Assembly (NCBI GenBank): GCA_963664815.2
Contig: CAXXHB010000003.1
Coordinates: 3,968,001-4,032,000 of the forward strand
DNA length: 64,000 nucleotides
DNA from: Spirochaetota bacterium
GTDB taxonomy: Bacteria; Spirochaetota; UBA4802; UBA5550
Direction: 5' to 3'
This document shows positions 39,745 to 48,809 of the stretch, one piece after another (the stretch's first letter is position 1; every line of letters begins with the position of its first letter). Made by a program: the position numbers and the translations under genes. Below the pieces are notes generated by a model, which worked only from the letters and a program-made list of their open reading frames with translations, was not told the origin of the DNA and searched no databases.

Positions 39745-41181
39745 ATGATGCTGATTTTTAAGAAAAACCGAGTAAAGCAACTTATAATTCTATGTTTAAT
39801 AATATTTGAGGCAGCGTCTCTTCAGGCAGGTCCGGTTGTTATCGAAGACAACAGAGTAGCAGATCTGGCTGCGACCCCGGTACTTGGTCGCGGTTATACT
39901 ATTTCAACAAATACATATCAATCGACCTGCCTTTCCGATGTTAAAATTACAGAACCATCATATGATTTTACATATTTCTTCAAATCAATAGAAATGGAGG
40001 GTGAGGGTTCTCTGGATGATATACTGAACACCAGAACCATCACTGAAAAATTTAAAAATGAAATCATCAAAAGATTAACTAAAACCTCAACACCGGTAAA
40101 TAATGGAATCGATAAGACATTTTATTATCATAATATCTTTGTTGAGATAAATCTTCATTCATATTATGCATCAGTCGATGAATCAGCGTCCAAGATGAGT
40201 GATTCGGCATCCCGGATCATAAGCAACGGGGATCTCCCCGGCTTTTTCAGCAGTTGCGGTTCATATTATGTGCGCTCTATCGGAAGAAGCGCCCGTTTTA
40301 TTTCTATCTTCACTTATAAAACAGAAGAACAGAAGCCTGACTCTAAGTTTGAGAACAACCTGGAAACCCAGATCAAAGGTTTTGGAAAATCCCTTAAACA
40401 GAATCTTGCAACGCTTAAAAATGCTTATTCTGCGGCAGAATTTGCCCAGAGAGATTTCGCCGGCGAATGTTCAAAAAAAGAACTTACTATAACAAGCGCT
40501 GCATTCGGGCTGGGGAAAAATGAAAACGCTACTTTAATATCCTATGATATTGATACATTTAAAAAAGCAATCGCTGATGCCTTTATGGCGATGCAGAATC
40601 CCCTTACCGGTAAAGTTTCAACTATAGAAGTAGTGCCATGGGTGGAAAACACTGATTTTCAGTCACTGACAAAGCTCGATACATACACCGAGAGTGAAAA
40701 CGGGAAAGAACTTTTGATGTATGAAAAAAAGCAGATACTCAGCAGTAACGCTGAGTTTCTCGCAGAGATTGAAAGATTTGACAGGAGTTTGATGAACCGT
40801 TATTATAAAGCATTACTCTGCAGAAAATCTATAGATACCAACTATAAAAATAATGGATCATTTAAAGAAGAATATACCGGCCGCCTTGTCCTCAATAACA
40901 GGGGAAAGGGGACCATAAAACTTGAAGAACTTGATACTCTTCTTGATATAGCTAAAATTGACAAACTTCTTGAGAAAGAAACCGCTTTCATGTATGGAGA
41001 AGGCAATAATGCCGGCGGTGCATCGCTCTGCATGAAAAAACTGATGGAAAATGGAATGTTCAGAACCAGGTTTAAGGATATACCCGAATGTAAATCAATA
41101 AACAGAAATATGGTTAATGAAGAGGAAGAAAAAATTGAAGACTACTGTCTGCCTGTTCTTTCAGACAGTAAAGAGAAATAA
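39745..41181 (+). CDS. Secreted MACPF-like protein, paralog 6
   Basis: TPVLGRGY, FFSSCGSYYVRS, AFGLGK, EVVPWVEN, DYCLP. Confidence 0.7.
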   Translation: MMLIFKKNRVKQLIILCLIIFEAASLQAGPVVIEDNRVADLAATPVLGRGYTISTNTYQSTCLSDVKITEPSYDFTYFFKSIEMEGEGSLDDILNTRTITEKFKNEIIKRLTKTSTPVNNGIDKTFYYHNIFVEINLHSYYASVDESASKMSDSASRIISNGDLPGFFSSCGSYYVRSIGRSARFISIFTYKTEEQKPDSKFENNLETQIKGFGKSLKQNLATLKNAYSAAEFAQRDFAGECSKKELTITSAAFGLGKNENATLISYDIDTFKKAIADAFMAMQNPLTGKVSTIEVVPWVENTDFQSLTKLDTYTESENGKELLMYEKKQILSSNAEFLAEIERFDRSLMNRYYKALLCRKSIDTNYKNNGSFKEEYTGRLVLNNRGKGTIKLEELDTLLDIAKIDKLLEKETAFMYGEGNNAGGASLCMKKLMENGMFRTRFKDIPECKSINRNMVNEEEEKIEDYCLPVLSDSKEK

Positions 41182-41192
41182 ACGGGGTTGTT

Positions 41193-42599
41193 ATGCTAAA
41201 GAGGATTACTTTATCTGTTTTTTTAATAACATTGATTATTCCGGCTTTTGTATATGCCGGGCCTACAATTATCAGAGACAACAGGATTCATGATCTTGCC
41301 ATGACACCCGTATTGGGACGAGGCTATTCCATAGCGACTAACTCATTTCAGTCCAGCTGCATGAAAGATATAAAAATGACTGAACCTTCATATGACTTTG
41401 ATTATACTTTTGATTCAATTGAATCTGATTCATCATCAACGCAAAACAACACTTTCGGACTTGGAGTCGATCTTGGACATCTTGCATTCCAGGGCAAACT
41501 GAATACAAAATATACCAGTGTTGAGGGTAATAAACTTTATTATCATCACATCCAGGTAGAAATTAATATGCATACATATTATGCTTCTGTAGATGAAAGC
41601 GCCTCTTCTCTAAGCGACGCTGCAAAAACTCTTCTGCTTAACAAGGATATCCCGGGATTCTTTCACAGTTGCGGTGCATATTATGTCCGTTCTTTAGGTC
41701 GTGATTCAAAATTTACATCTTTATTTACATACATGGATGAGAGTGAAACAAGAGATAAAAGCTTCGAACTGCAACTTGAGCTTGCCATCAAGGGTTTCGG
41801 CAGCGGTATTATGAAGAATATTGCCGGTGCTGGAGAAAATGCATCCCTCGAAACCCAGATAACAAATTCATTTTCTTCCATGTCAAGAAAAAAGAAACTT
41901 ACAATTACAACAAAAGCCTGGGGCCTGGGTAAAAATAAAAATGCGACATTAATTGCATATGATCTCGATTCATACAAGGCTGCAATTAAAGATGCATTTG
42001 TTTCCATGCAGGATCCAATGACAGGGAGAGTGTCAACAATGGAAGTTGTCCCCTGGGTTGAAAATGCGGAATTTCAGAATCTCATACAGCTTGAAGAAGA
42101 CACAAGCGCAGCAACAGGAAAAGAGGGTGGGAAAACTTTACTCTTTGAAAAAAAACATAATCTCAACCTTAATGCCGAGTTTTTGTCACAGATTGACAGA
42201 ACAAACAGAAATATGATGGACATTTACTACAAAGCCATGATATGCAGGCAGGCGATAGATTCCAGATGGAAAAGAGATAACAAATTTCTCGCTGAAGTAA
42301 AGGGGGCGCTTGTACAGAGCAATAAAAATGAAACTACAATTACACTTGAAGACCTTTACAGTAATCTTTCGGATGAAAAAATAAACTCTCTTCTTGAAAC
42401 CGAAAATGAGTTCCTGTACGGCAGTAATGGGCAAAACGGAGCCAAAGAATGTATGAATAAAATGATGGAAGTGGGTATCTATAAAAAGAGCTGGATGGAT
42501 ATTGATTCGTGCAAACAGCTGCAAAAAAAATTTGCTACAACAATCAATGAGATAATTGATGATTACTGTATGCCGAAATTATCAAAAACATCTAAATAG
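41193..42599 (+). CDS. Secreted MACPF-like protein, paralog 7
   Basis: TPVLGRGY, FFHSCGAYYVRS, AWGLGK, EVVPWVEN, DYCMP. Confidence 0.7.
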   Translation: MLKRITLSVFLITLIIPAFVYAGPTIIRDNRIHDLAMTPVLGRGYSIATNSFQSSCMKDIKMTEPSYDFDYTFDSIESDSSSTQNNTFGLGVDLGHLAFQGKLNTKYTSVEGNKLYYHHIQVEINMHTYYASVDESASSLSDAAKTLLLNKDIPGFFHSCGAYYVRSLGRDSKFTSLFTYMDESETRDKSFELQLELAIKGFGSGIMKNIAGAGENASLETQITNSFSSMSRKKKLTITTKAWGLGKNKNATLIAYDLDSYKAAIKDAFVSMQDPMTGRVSTMEVVPWVENAEFQNLIQLEEDTSAATGKEGGKTLLFEKKHNLNLNAEFLSQIDRTNRNMMDIYYKAMICRQAIDSRWKRDNKFLAEVKGALVQSNKNETTITLEDLYSNLSDEKINSLLETENEFLYGSNGQNGAKECMNKMMEVGIYKKSWMDIDSCKQLQKKFATTINEIIDDYCMPKLSKTSK

Positions 42600-42617
42600 A
42601 AATTAAGAGGAATATAT

Positions 42618-43124
42618 ATGATAAAAAAAATATTAACAGGCTTTGGAATAATGTTTTTGTCAGTAACCCTTTCTTCCATTCCACGATATGATCCTTCAAT
42701 ACATAGTGAAATAACAAAAGATCAGTTAAAGGGGTTTGTTGAAGAATGTAAAGCCTTTTCTCAGATATACGGGAAAAAGGAGGCTCTGCTTGAAATCAAA
42801 AAAAAGAATGGTCTTTTCAACAGGGGAGAACTTTATATATATGCATACGATTTCAACTGTGTGGTTTTATCTCATGGTTTAAACACCGGTCTTATTGGTT
42901 CTGATCTCTCAAACCTTAAAGATCCCACTGGAAAAAGAATAATAAGTGAAATGGTAAACATATTAAAGAAACAACCAAACGGATGGCTTAAATTTCACTG
43001 GTTTCATCCTGAAAGTGGAGAAGTAAAACCAAAACTGGGTTACTTCGAAAAAGTCGATAATACATGGTGGATTGGGTCCGGAATTTATGCTGATACAATC
43101 AATCAGCTTAATGATGTGAATTAA
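42618..43124 (+). CDS. Standalone exported single Cache (sCache_2-like) protein
   Basis: GELYIYAYD...LSHG...LKDPTGK...GWLKFHWFHP...PKLGY...WWIGSGIY. Confidence 0.85.
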   Translation: MIKKILTGFGIMFLSVTLSSIPRYDPSIHSEITKDQLKGFVEECKAFSQIYGKKEALLEIKKKNGLFNRGELYIYAYDFNCVVLSHGLNTGLIGSDLSNLKDPTGKRIISEMVNILKKQPNGWLKFHWFHPESGEVKPKLGYFEKVDNTWWIGSGIYADTINQLNDVN

Positions 43125-43151
43125 ATGTGAATTAAAATAAATCCATGCATG

Positions 43152-43769
43152 TTATTGCCTGGATTTACTCTTTTCTTTTTCGAGACCGCTAATCAGTCTG
43201 CCAGTTATCAGCTTAACCAGATAAAAGCCAAATTCAGGATTCTGATAATATAATTGTTTAACACCATTCTCTGTTATTGAATAAACTTCCATATCGTCAT
43301 CCATGCATACTGCAGTATCCGTTCTCTCCTTCTGTGGCGTAAAAATTCCCATTTCTCCAAGGAGACTCCCCTTTTCTATAAATAATCCGTTTTCCTCCAG
43401 TTCTATTCTCCCCTTGCATAAAAAATACATCTTTCCTGCAGGTTCTCCTTTTTTAAACAGTATATCACCTTTCTTGACATTTTCCATTTTCATATATGGG
43501 ATCAGAGATTCCATGGAAAAATCTCCATCCGATGCATCTTTTACATTATTAATAAGCTTTTTCATCTGCAAAAGTCTTAATATGTTCAACGGAAACATAA
43601 AAAAATGAAGAATCATAACAGGATACAAACCTGCACCTATACCATATATAATGAAAGCAACATTACTCATTATTGCAAAAATTCTCAGAGGCATTATAGT
43701 CTTCATGTAAAAGCTTGCTGCCACAAGTGCAGATGCAATATAACCTGCAAGTTCTATCCATATGCTCAT
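43152..43769 (-). CDS. Membrane protein with C-terminal cyclic-nucleotide-binding domain
   Basis: 3 N-terminal TMs (MKTIMPLR), LFKKGE, LLGEMGIF...RTDTAVC. Confidence 0.85.
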   Translation of the reverse strand: MSIWIELAGYIASALVAASFYMKTIMPLRIFAIMSNVAFIIYGIGAGLYPVMILHFFMFPLNILRLLQMKKLINNVKDASDGDFSMESLIPYMKMENVKKGDILFKKGEPAGKMYFLCKGRIELEENGLFIEKGSLLGEMGIFTPQKERTDTAVCMDDDMEVYSITENGVKQLYYQNPEFGFYLVKLITGRLISGLEKEKSKSRQ

Positions 43770-43783
43770 CTATATTTCTCCAC

Positions 43784-44017
43784 CTATTTTAAGGATTTTG
43801 AATAATCTGTAACTGGTGCTTTTTTTTCGCGCTCACATTTTTTATTATTATCTTTGCTACAGTAATCAAAGATAATTATTTCTTTAGAAGTATCTTTATT
43901 CTTATCTTTATTCTGCTGAACAGATTGAACATTTGCAATTAGAAATTGTGTGCATATAGTTAATAATGCACCCGTGAATACTGCCAGTTTAAATGCGATA
44001 AAATTTTTGCCTTGCAT
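43784..44017 (-). CDS. Small exported hypothetical protein
   Basis: 77 aa, signal-like N-terminus, two Cys in the mature part. Confidence 0.4.
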   Translation of the reverse strand: MQGKNFIAFKLAVFTGALLTICTQFLIANVQSVQQNKDKNKDTSKEIIIFDYCSKDNNKKCEREKKAPVTDYSKSLK

Positions 44018-44078
44018 AATATCATAATTGATGTATTATCAAACTGTATGTCAAGAAAATTTTAAAGAGGTGGAATAA

Positions 44079-45197
44079 GTGAAAAAACTTATCCTGGTTC
44101 TTTTAGTCATCATCTCAACTGTGGTTAATTCTTTTATCCCGGGAATATCACAGCAGACTTCATTGGACAGACTTTTATCAGGGGAAACAAATCTTCATGG
44201 GATTAATCTTTCTGATTTAAAAATAGCCGGAAGAGATTTCGAGAATCTCAACCTGACCGGAGCAATTTTTAAGAATACACTGATTGAAAATTGTAAATTT
44301 AAAAATTGCAATATAAACTTTGCTGATTTCAACAATGCCATTATCAGAAACTGCAGTTTTTCTTACTCTGAAATAAAAGCAGTTTCATTTATTAATACCT
44401 CAGTTTATGAATCAGACTTCGATTATTGCCTGATTCCTGAATCAAAATTTACAGATATCCGTATTACAGGATCTTCTTTCAAAAGTGCCGATTTGTCCCG
44501 ATCTTATATCAGCGGGTCAGACATTTCCGAATCGTCATTTGAATTCGCAATAATGGACAAAATTTCAATAAAAAAAAGTTTTACGAAAAATTGTAATTTT
44601 TCAAATTGCCATATCGATTCAGGAGACATTATCAATACTGATCTCTCCGGATCAAAATTTAAAGACGCCTACCTGAAATCATGTATATTTAAAAATGTCA
44701 AAGCTCCACTTGTTGATTTTACCCGGGCATATATGCCCGGAATTCAGATTTCAGATTCTGATCTGTCAGGCGCACTGTTTTTACGATCATATATACCCGG
44801 TGCTGTTTTTTTAAGAAACAGTATGGCAGGATTCACAGCACGCGAATCATTTATGCTGTTCTGTGAGTTTAATGAATGCAATGTTATTAAATCATTTCTA
44901 ACTGAAACAAAGATTAACGGATCTTCTTTTTATAAATCCGATTTTTCAAATTCTGATTTTTCAAATTCTGATTTTTCCGTGATTGATTATGGAAAAGATC
45001 ATTTTCTGAGCTACGGGGAACTGGGAGTAAAAATGAATGATGATAAAATTGAAATAATAAAAAAAACCGGCATAAGGATTACATCAACATCTTTCAAAGA
45101 CTGCAACTTCAGAAACGTTAAACTTAACAGAATTATCAAAACTCAACTTGTTAATGAAAATATAAAAAATTACGAAACGATTATCCTGATTGACTAA
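44079..45197 (+). CDS. Exported pentapeptide-repeat protein
   Basis: Signal peptide, A(D/N)L/F-type 5-aa periodicity, SDFSN x3; GAGGTGG RBS with GTG start. Confidence 0.85.
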   Translation: MKKLILVLLVIISTVVNSFIPGISQQTSLDRLLSGETNLHGINLSDLKIAGRDFENLNLTGAIFKNTLIENCKFKNCNINFADFNNAIIRNCSFSYSEIKAVSFINTSVYESDFDYCLIPESKFTDIRITGSSFKSADLSRSYISGSDISESSFEFAIMDKISIKKSFTKNCNFSNCHIDSGDIINTDLSGSKFKDAYLKSCIFKNVKAPLVDFTRAYMPGIQISDSDLSGALFLRSYIPGAVFLRNSMAGFTARESFMLFCEFNECNVIKSFLTETKINGSSFYKSDFSNSDFSNSDFSVIDYGKDHFLSYGELGVKMNDDKIEIIKKTGIRITSTSFKDCNFRNVKLNRIIKTQLVNENIKNYETIILID

Positions 45198-45199
45198 GA

Positions 45200-45574
45200 C
45201 TACTTGCATGCGGGAGGATAAGCTTTATCTTCCTGTAATATAATTACAGTCTTATAATCCTCATTAATACTGAAAGTATATGGGCTTGCTTTAAGATGAT
45301 CATTTTCTATGTAAATAGTCCTGCCCAGTCCCCTGTAAAAAAAATCAATTTTTGAATTATTGATTGAATAACTTCCGGGAGTAGAGAAATATCCGCCCCC
45401 CTCTTTTTCTTCCACCTCTATTAACATCTTGCCATTACCGGAAAATAAAATTGAAAAATTATAATCTCCATATTTACCGGTAAATTTTCTGCAGGTTATC
45501 TTTTCAACTGCAAATGACATATTAATAAAACAAAGAATACATATAATTGTTGTTGAAATTTTTGATATTTTCAT
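45200..45574 (-). CDS. Small exported beta-rich hypothetical protein
   Basis: Signal peptide; Cys near both ends of the mature part. Confidence 0.6.
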   Translation of the reverse strand: MKISKISTTIICILCFINMSFAVEKITCRKFTGKYGDYNFSILFSGNGKMLIEVEEKEGGGYFSTPGSYSINNSKIDFFYRGLGRTIYIENDHLKASPYTFSINEDYKTVIILQEDKAYPPACK

Positions 45575-45596
45575 AGGTTATAATCTCTCTGAACAT

Positions 45597-46433
45597 TTGC
45601 TATTATTTTTTTATACAATTGTCAAGAAAAATATCAAACTTTCAATGGCGGATAAAATGAAATCATTTTTAATAAAAATAATTTTTGCTCTTATACTTTT
45701 TTCCTCTTATTCAGATCTTTTTTCGGAATCAGAAAAATGCAGCAAAATAACAGCAGATACTGTTAGTAAACATATTCCCGTAACAGACTTCCGAATCCTT
45801 ACAATCAGGGAAGTACAGGGAGTATGCGAGATAATTATAAATGTAAATAACAGAATAATCCCGCTTTATGGAGATGGAAACTATCTGATCTCAGGCGATC
45901 TTTTTCTTAATAAAAAAAATATTACAAAGGAAAATATCTACGAGGAAAATAAAAAGATTTTTCTTGAAAATAAAAACACAATAAACGCTCTTACTGCATT
46001 TGAATACAAACCGGTAAATTGTAAATCTGGAAAAACACTATATATGTTTACCGAGCCTCTTTGCCCATATTGTCATAAAGCAGGGGGAGAGGTAAAAAAA
46101 TTATCTGATAAATATGGATTTTCAGTTAAGGTATTGCTGGTTTCAATGAAAGGTGAAGAGGGGAAAAGAAAATGTGTTGAAGCTGCCTGCAGACATTTTA
46201 TATTTAAAGATAATTTCAATCTCGAGGAATATAATAAATTAGAATGGAAAAAGGAGAAAACTGAAGAAGAATTTATCTGTGAAAAAGGCGTTGAACTGAT
46301 AAAAAAAACAGATGAATTATCAAAAAAAATGAACATTGATGGAATACCGTTATTCTATACAGATAATGGAGATTCAGTAAGCGGTGCAGACATGGAAGCA
46401 CTCGAAGCGCTAATTAAAAAGCTGAATTACTGA
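45597..46433 (+). CDS. DsbC/DsbG-like thiol:disulfide isomerase
   Basis: YLISGDLF dimerisation domain, FTEPLCPYC, GIP cis-Pro loop; true start probably about 45645-45657. Confidence 0.82.
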   Translation: MLLFFYTIVKKNIKLSMADKMKSFLIKIIFALILFSSYSDLFSESEKCSKITADTVSKHIPVTDFRILTIREVQGVCEIIINVNNRIIPLYGDGNYLISGDLFLNKKNITKENIYEENKKIFLENKNTINALTAFEYKPVNCKSGKTLYMFTEPLCPYCHKAGGEVKKLSDKYGFSVKVLLVSMKGEEGKRKCVEAACRHFIFKDNFNLEEYNKLEWKKEKTEEEFICEKGVELIKKTDELSKKMNIDGIPLFYTDNGDSVSGADMEALEALIKKLNY

Positions 46434-46481
46434 CAATACGATTTTTATATATTTTTTTAAATTTAAAAAAACAGTAATCCA

Positions 46482-47120
46482 TTATTTCTTTCCACCACTG
46501 TTTTTTATGATTTGCTCACCCATCTGTCTGAATAAATTATAGAAATCCTCAAATTCATCTTTATCCCGAAGATTTCTCATTTTCGGTTTTCCTCCGTTCA
46601 GGATTTCATTTCCATACATTGTCATTAAATATATAGGTCCTGCAATCCGGTGAGTATGTTTAATCATCCATATAAATATAATAAACAAACCAGACAGAGT
46701 TATAATTATTACTCCAACTATCAGGTATGTGTTTGTTGCAATTATTTTATTGTTTGATTTAATAATCTCTTCATTTGCAGAACTCGACACGTTGAGGTTT
46801 CTTGTACTTTCATTATAATCTTTAGTTAAATCAACAGCAATTCCGGAAAATGTTTTCTGATCAACACCTGTTGGTATCATTGAAAATTTCAGATAAATAC
46901 TCTGCTGCAAATCCAGTATTTTTTTTATATTTTCAATATTGCTCATTATCTTTTTATTGTTCTCTGCTGTTTTTTTGTTGTTAACGGATATCATTATTCC
47001 AACAGCAAGAATTATAACAGAAATTAATATGGTTACTGTTCCTACCATTGTAATGGCCTTTCCATACTGAAATTTCTTATTAATAACATAACTCCTTCGC
47101 TTTTTCATCTGTATCTCCAA
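46482..47120 (-). CDS. Two-TM protein with HAMP-like tail
   Basis: RRSYVINKKFQ, HRIAGPIY, LRDKDEF. Confidence 0.7.
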   Translation of the reverse strand: MEIQMKKRRSYVINKKFQYGKAITMVGTVTILISVIILAVGIMISVNNKKTAENNKKIMSNIENIKKILDLQQSIYLKFSMIPTGVDQKTFSGIAVDLTKDYNESTRNLNVSSSANEEIIKSNNKIIATNTYLIVGVIIITLSGLFIIFIWMIKHTHRIAGPIYLMTMYGNEILNGGKPKMRNLRDKDEFEDFYNLFRQMGEQIIKNSGGKK

Positions 47121-47201
47121 CTTTTTTAATTAAAGAACATTCTAATCAGTAAAAAATCTATTACAAGTAAATTTATTATTTTGAGTAAATAAATCCGAGA
47201 T

Positions 47202-48809
47202 TCATTGTAATATTAAATCAGTAGTAATACTTTTATAAATATCATTAAATGATTTATAACGCAATTTAATATTTGCAGCTTCTTTCGCTATTAAATCGCC
47301 CTCTTCCATTGTCAGTTCACTAAACTTCTTCGAATTAATTTTTAATCTGATCTGTTTAAGTTTATATAGAGAGGTATCATTATTTACTGTTATTTCAAGC
47401 TCCCTCAATTTTTCATTATCCTGTTCACAGTATATCTCCTTCTCAGAGAGAATTCTCATTATATCATAGCAATCGCCTTTTAATTTCTTAAGTACAACCC
47501 TCAATCTGCAGAACTTGTTTTCTCTTGAGTATTTAATCTTTTCTTCACCTGCGACAAGTTTTTTCATCTCTTTATTAAGTCTTCCTCTTGCATCTGCAAG
47601 AAATTCCATGTACCGTAAACGCTTCTCTTCGCCCGATATAGTCTTTGTTGTAGAACCAAGAATTATTAATTGTAAATAATTTACGTTTTTGCTCCCGGTT
47701 GATGTATCAATGATTTTCTTTATAGTGGCATCTTCATTGATTTTACTTTTTTTATAAAATTCTTCAACTAATTCTGTAATTCTATAAGAATTTTTCATAA
47801 AGTCATTAATAGATTTTACATAATCTTCCCTCAGTTTATGTTCAACAACCTGAATATCATAAACAATTTTATAAAATTCTTTTACATCTATTGCAATGGC
47901 TTCACAAGAATCTATATCTGTCCCTCTATAAAAATGATTTATAATTCCGTTGCGGGTTATCCTCAAATCTGCAGTCGTTGATTTTACATCACAATTGACT
48001 TCCCATTCATTCTGTAATTTTAATTCTTTATTATATCCCTTTAGTAAAGCAAAAAGTGCATTTCCCACCATTTTATTCACATGTGATTCATTAATAATCA
48101 TCTTTATTTCTTTATCTTCCTGTGCGATTAACCCATTAAGTTCCAGTATTCCACCTTTGTGAAAAGTAAAATCTGTTGCAAACACTCTCATTTTACGACG
48201 CAGCTTAAAACCGATATTTTCCAGAATATTTACAGCCGTATCTTTCAGTTGCTGTACCTGTGAATCAGAAAGCTTCCCTCCATTTACAGTAAAGGTCAAT
48301 TTAATACTATAGCCATTTCCTGTATCCAGAAAATCTCTAAGATTTTCCGGAAGATCATTTTGTTTTAATGCATTATATGTTTTAAGCTCAATTTTTTCTG
48401 AAAAAGATGGAATATGAGTCAGCAGTTTTGGTCTGAGTCTCTCTGCAAGAATTACTTTATCATATTCATAATTGAATTTTAATGCTTCTTTAATTTTAAC
48501 AATCAAATAGAGATCATTATCTATAAACCCGATTGTGCAGAAGGCTTCATTAACCTCTCCTTCAATTATTTTTCTTCTGTAACTTTCAAGGAGATCCCTT
48601 AAATTATTTATTTTGTCATTATTTATTTTATATTTAAATAATAGTTCTTTTACTCCACTTCCGTCAGTCAAATCCCAGCGGGAAAGACATAACTGCGGTG
48701 TAGTATCATCTCCCCCATAAATAACATCACTCTTTTTCATCGTCTTTGAATAACCGGGTGATAAAAGAATAAATAAAAAAAAAGTACAAATAAAAGCAAA
48801 GTACTTCAC
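47202..48809 (-). CDS. Exported hypothetical protein (535 aa)
   Basis: Signal peptide, GTG start with AGGGG RBS, helical C-terminal half. Confidence 0.65.
   Translation of the reverse strand: MKYFAFICTFFLFILLSPGYSKTMKKSDVIYGGDDTTPQLCLSRWDLTDGSGVKELLFKYKINNDKINNLRDLLESYRRKIIEGEVNEAFCTIGFIDNDLYLIVKIKEALKFNYEYDKVILAERLRPKLLTHIPSFSEKIELKTYNALKQNDLPENLRDFLDTGNGYSIKLTFTVNGGKLSDSQVQQLKDTAVNILENIGFKLRRKMRVFATDFTFHKGGILELNGLIAQEDKEIKMIINESHVNKMVGNALFALLKGYNKELKLQNEWEVNCDVKSTTADLRITRNGIINHFYRGTDIDSCEAIAIDVKEFYKIVYDIQVVEHKLREDYVKSINDFMKNSYRITELVEEFYKKSKINEDATIKKIIDTSTGSKNVNYLQLIILGSTTKTISGEEKRLRYMEFLADARGRLNKEMKKLVAGEEKIKYSRENKFCRLRVVLKKLKGDCYDIMRILSEKEIYCEQDNEKLRELEITVNNDTSLYKLKQIRLKINSKKFSELTMEEGDLIAKEAANIKLRYKSFNDIYKSITTDLILQ

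Noticed and set aside
30462-42599. Paralog cluster considered as phage structural genes, an antigenic-variation cassette array or an assembly duplication
   Set aside because: All copies are full-length with their own signal peptides and are heavily diverged at the DNA level; no phage, recombinase or reverse-transcriptase genes nearby
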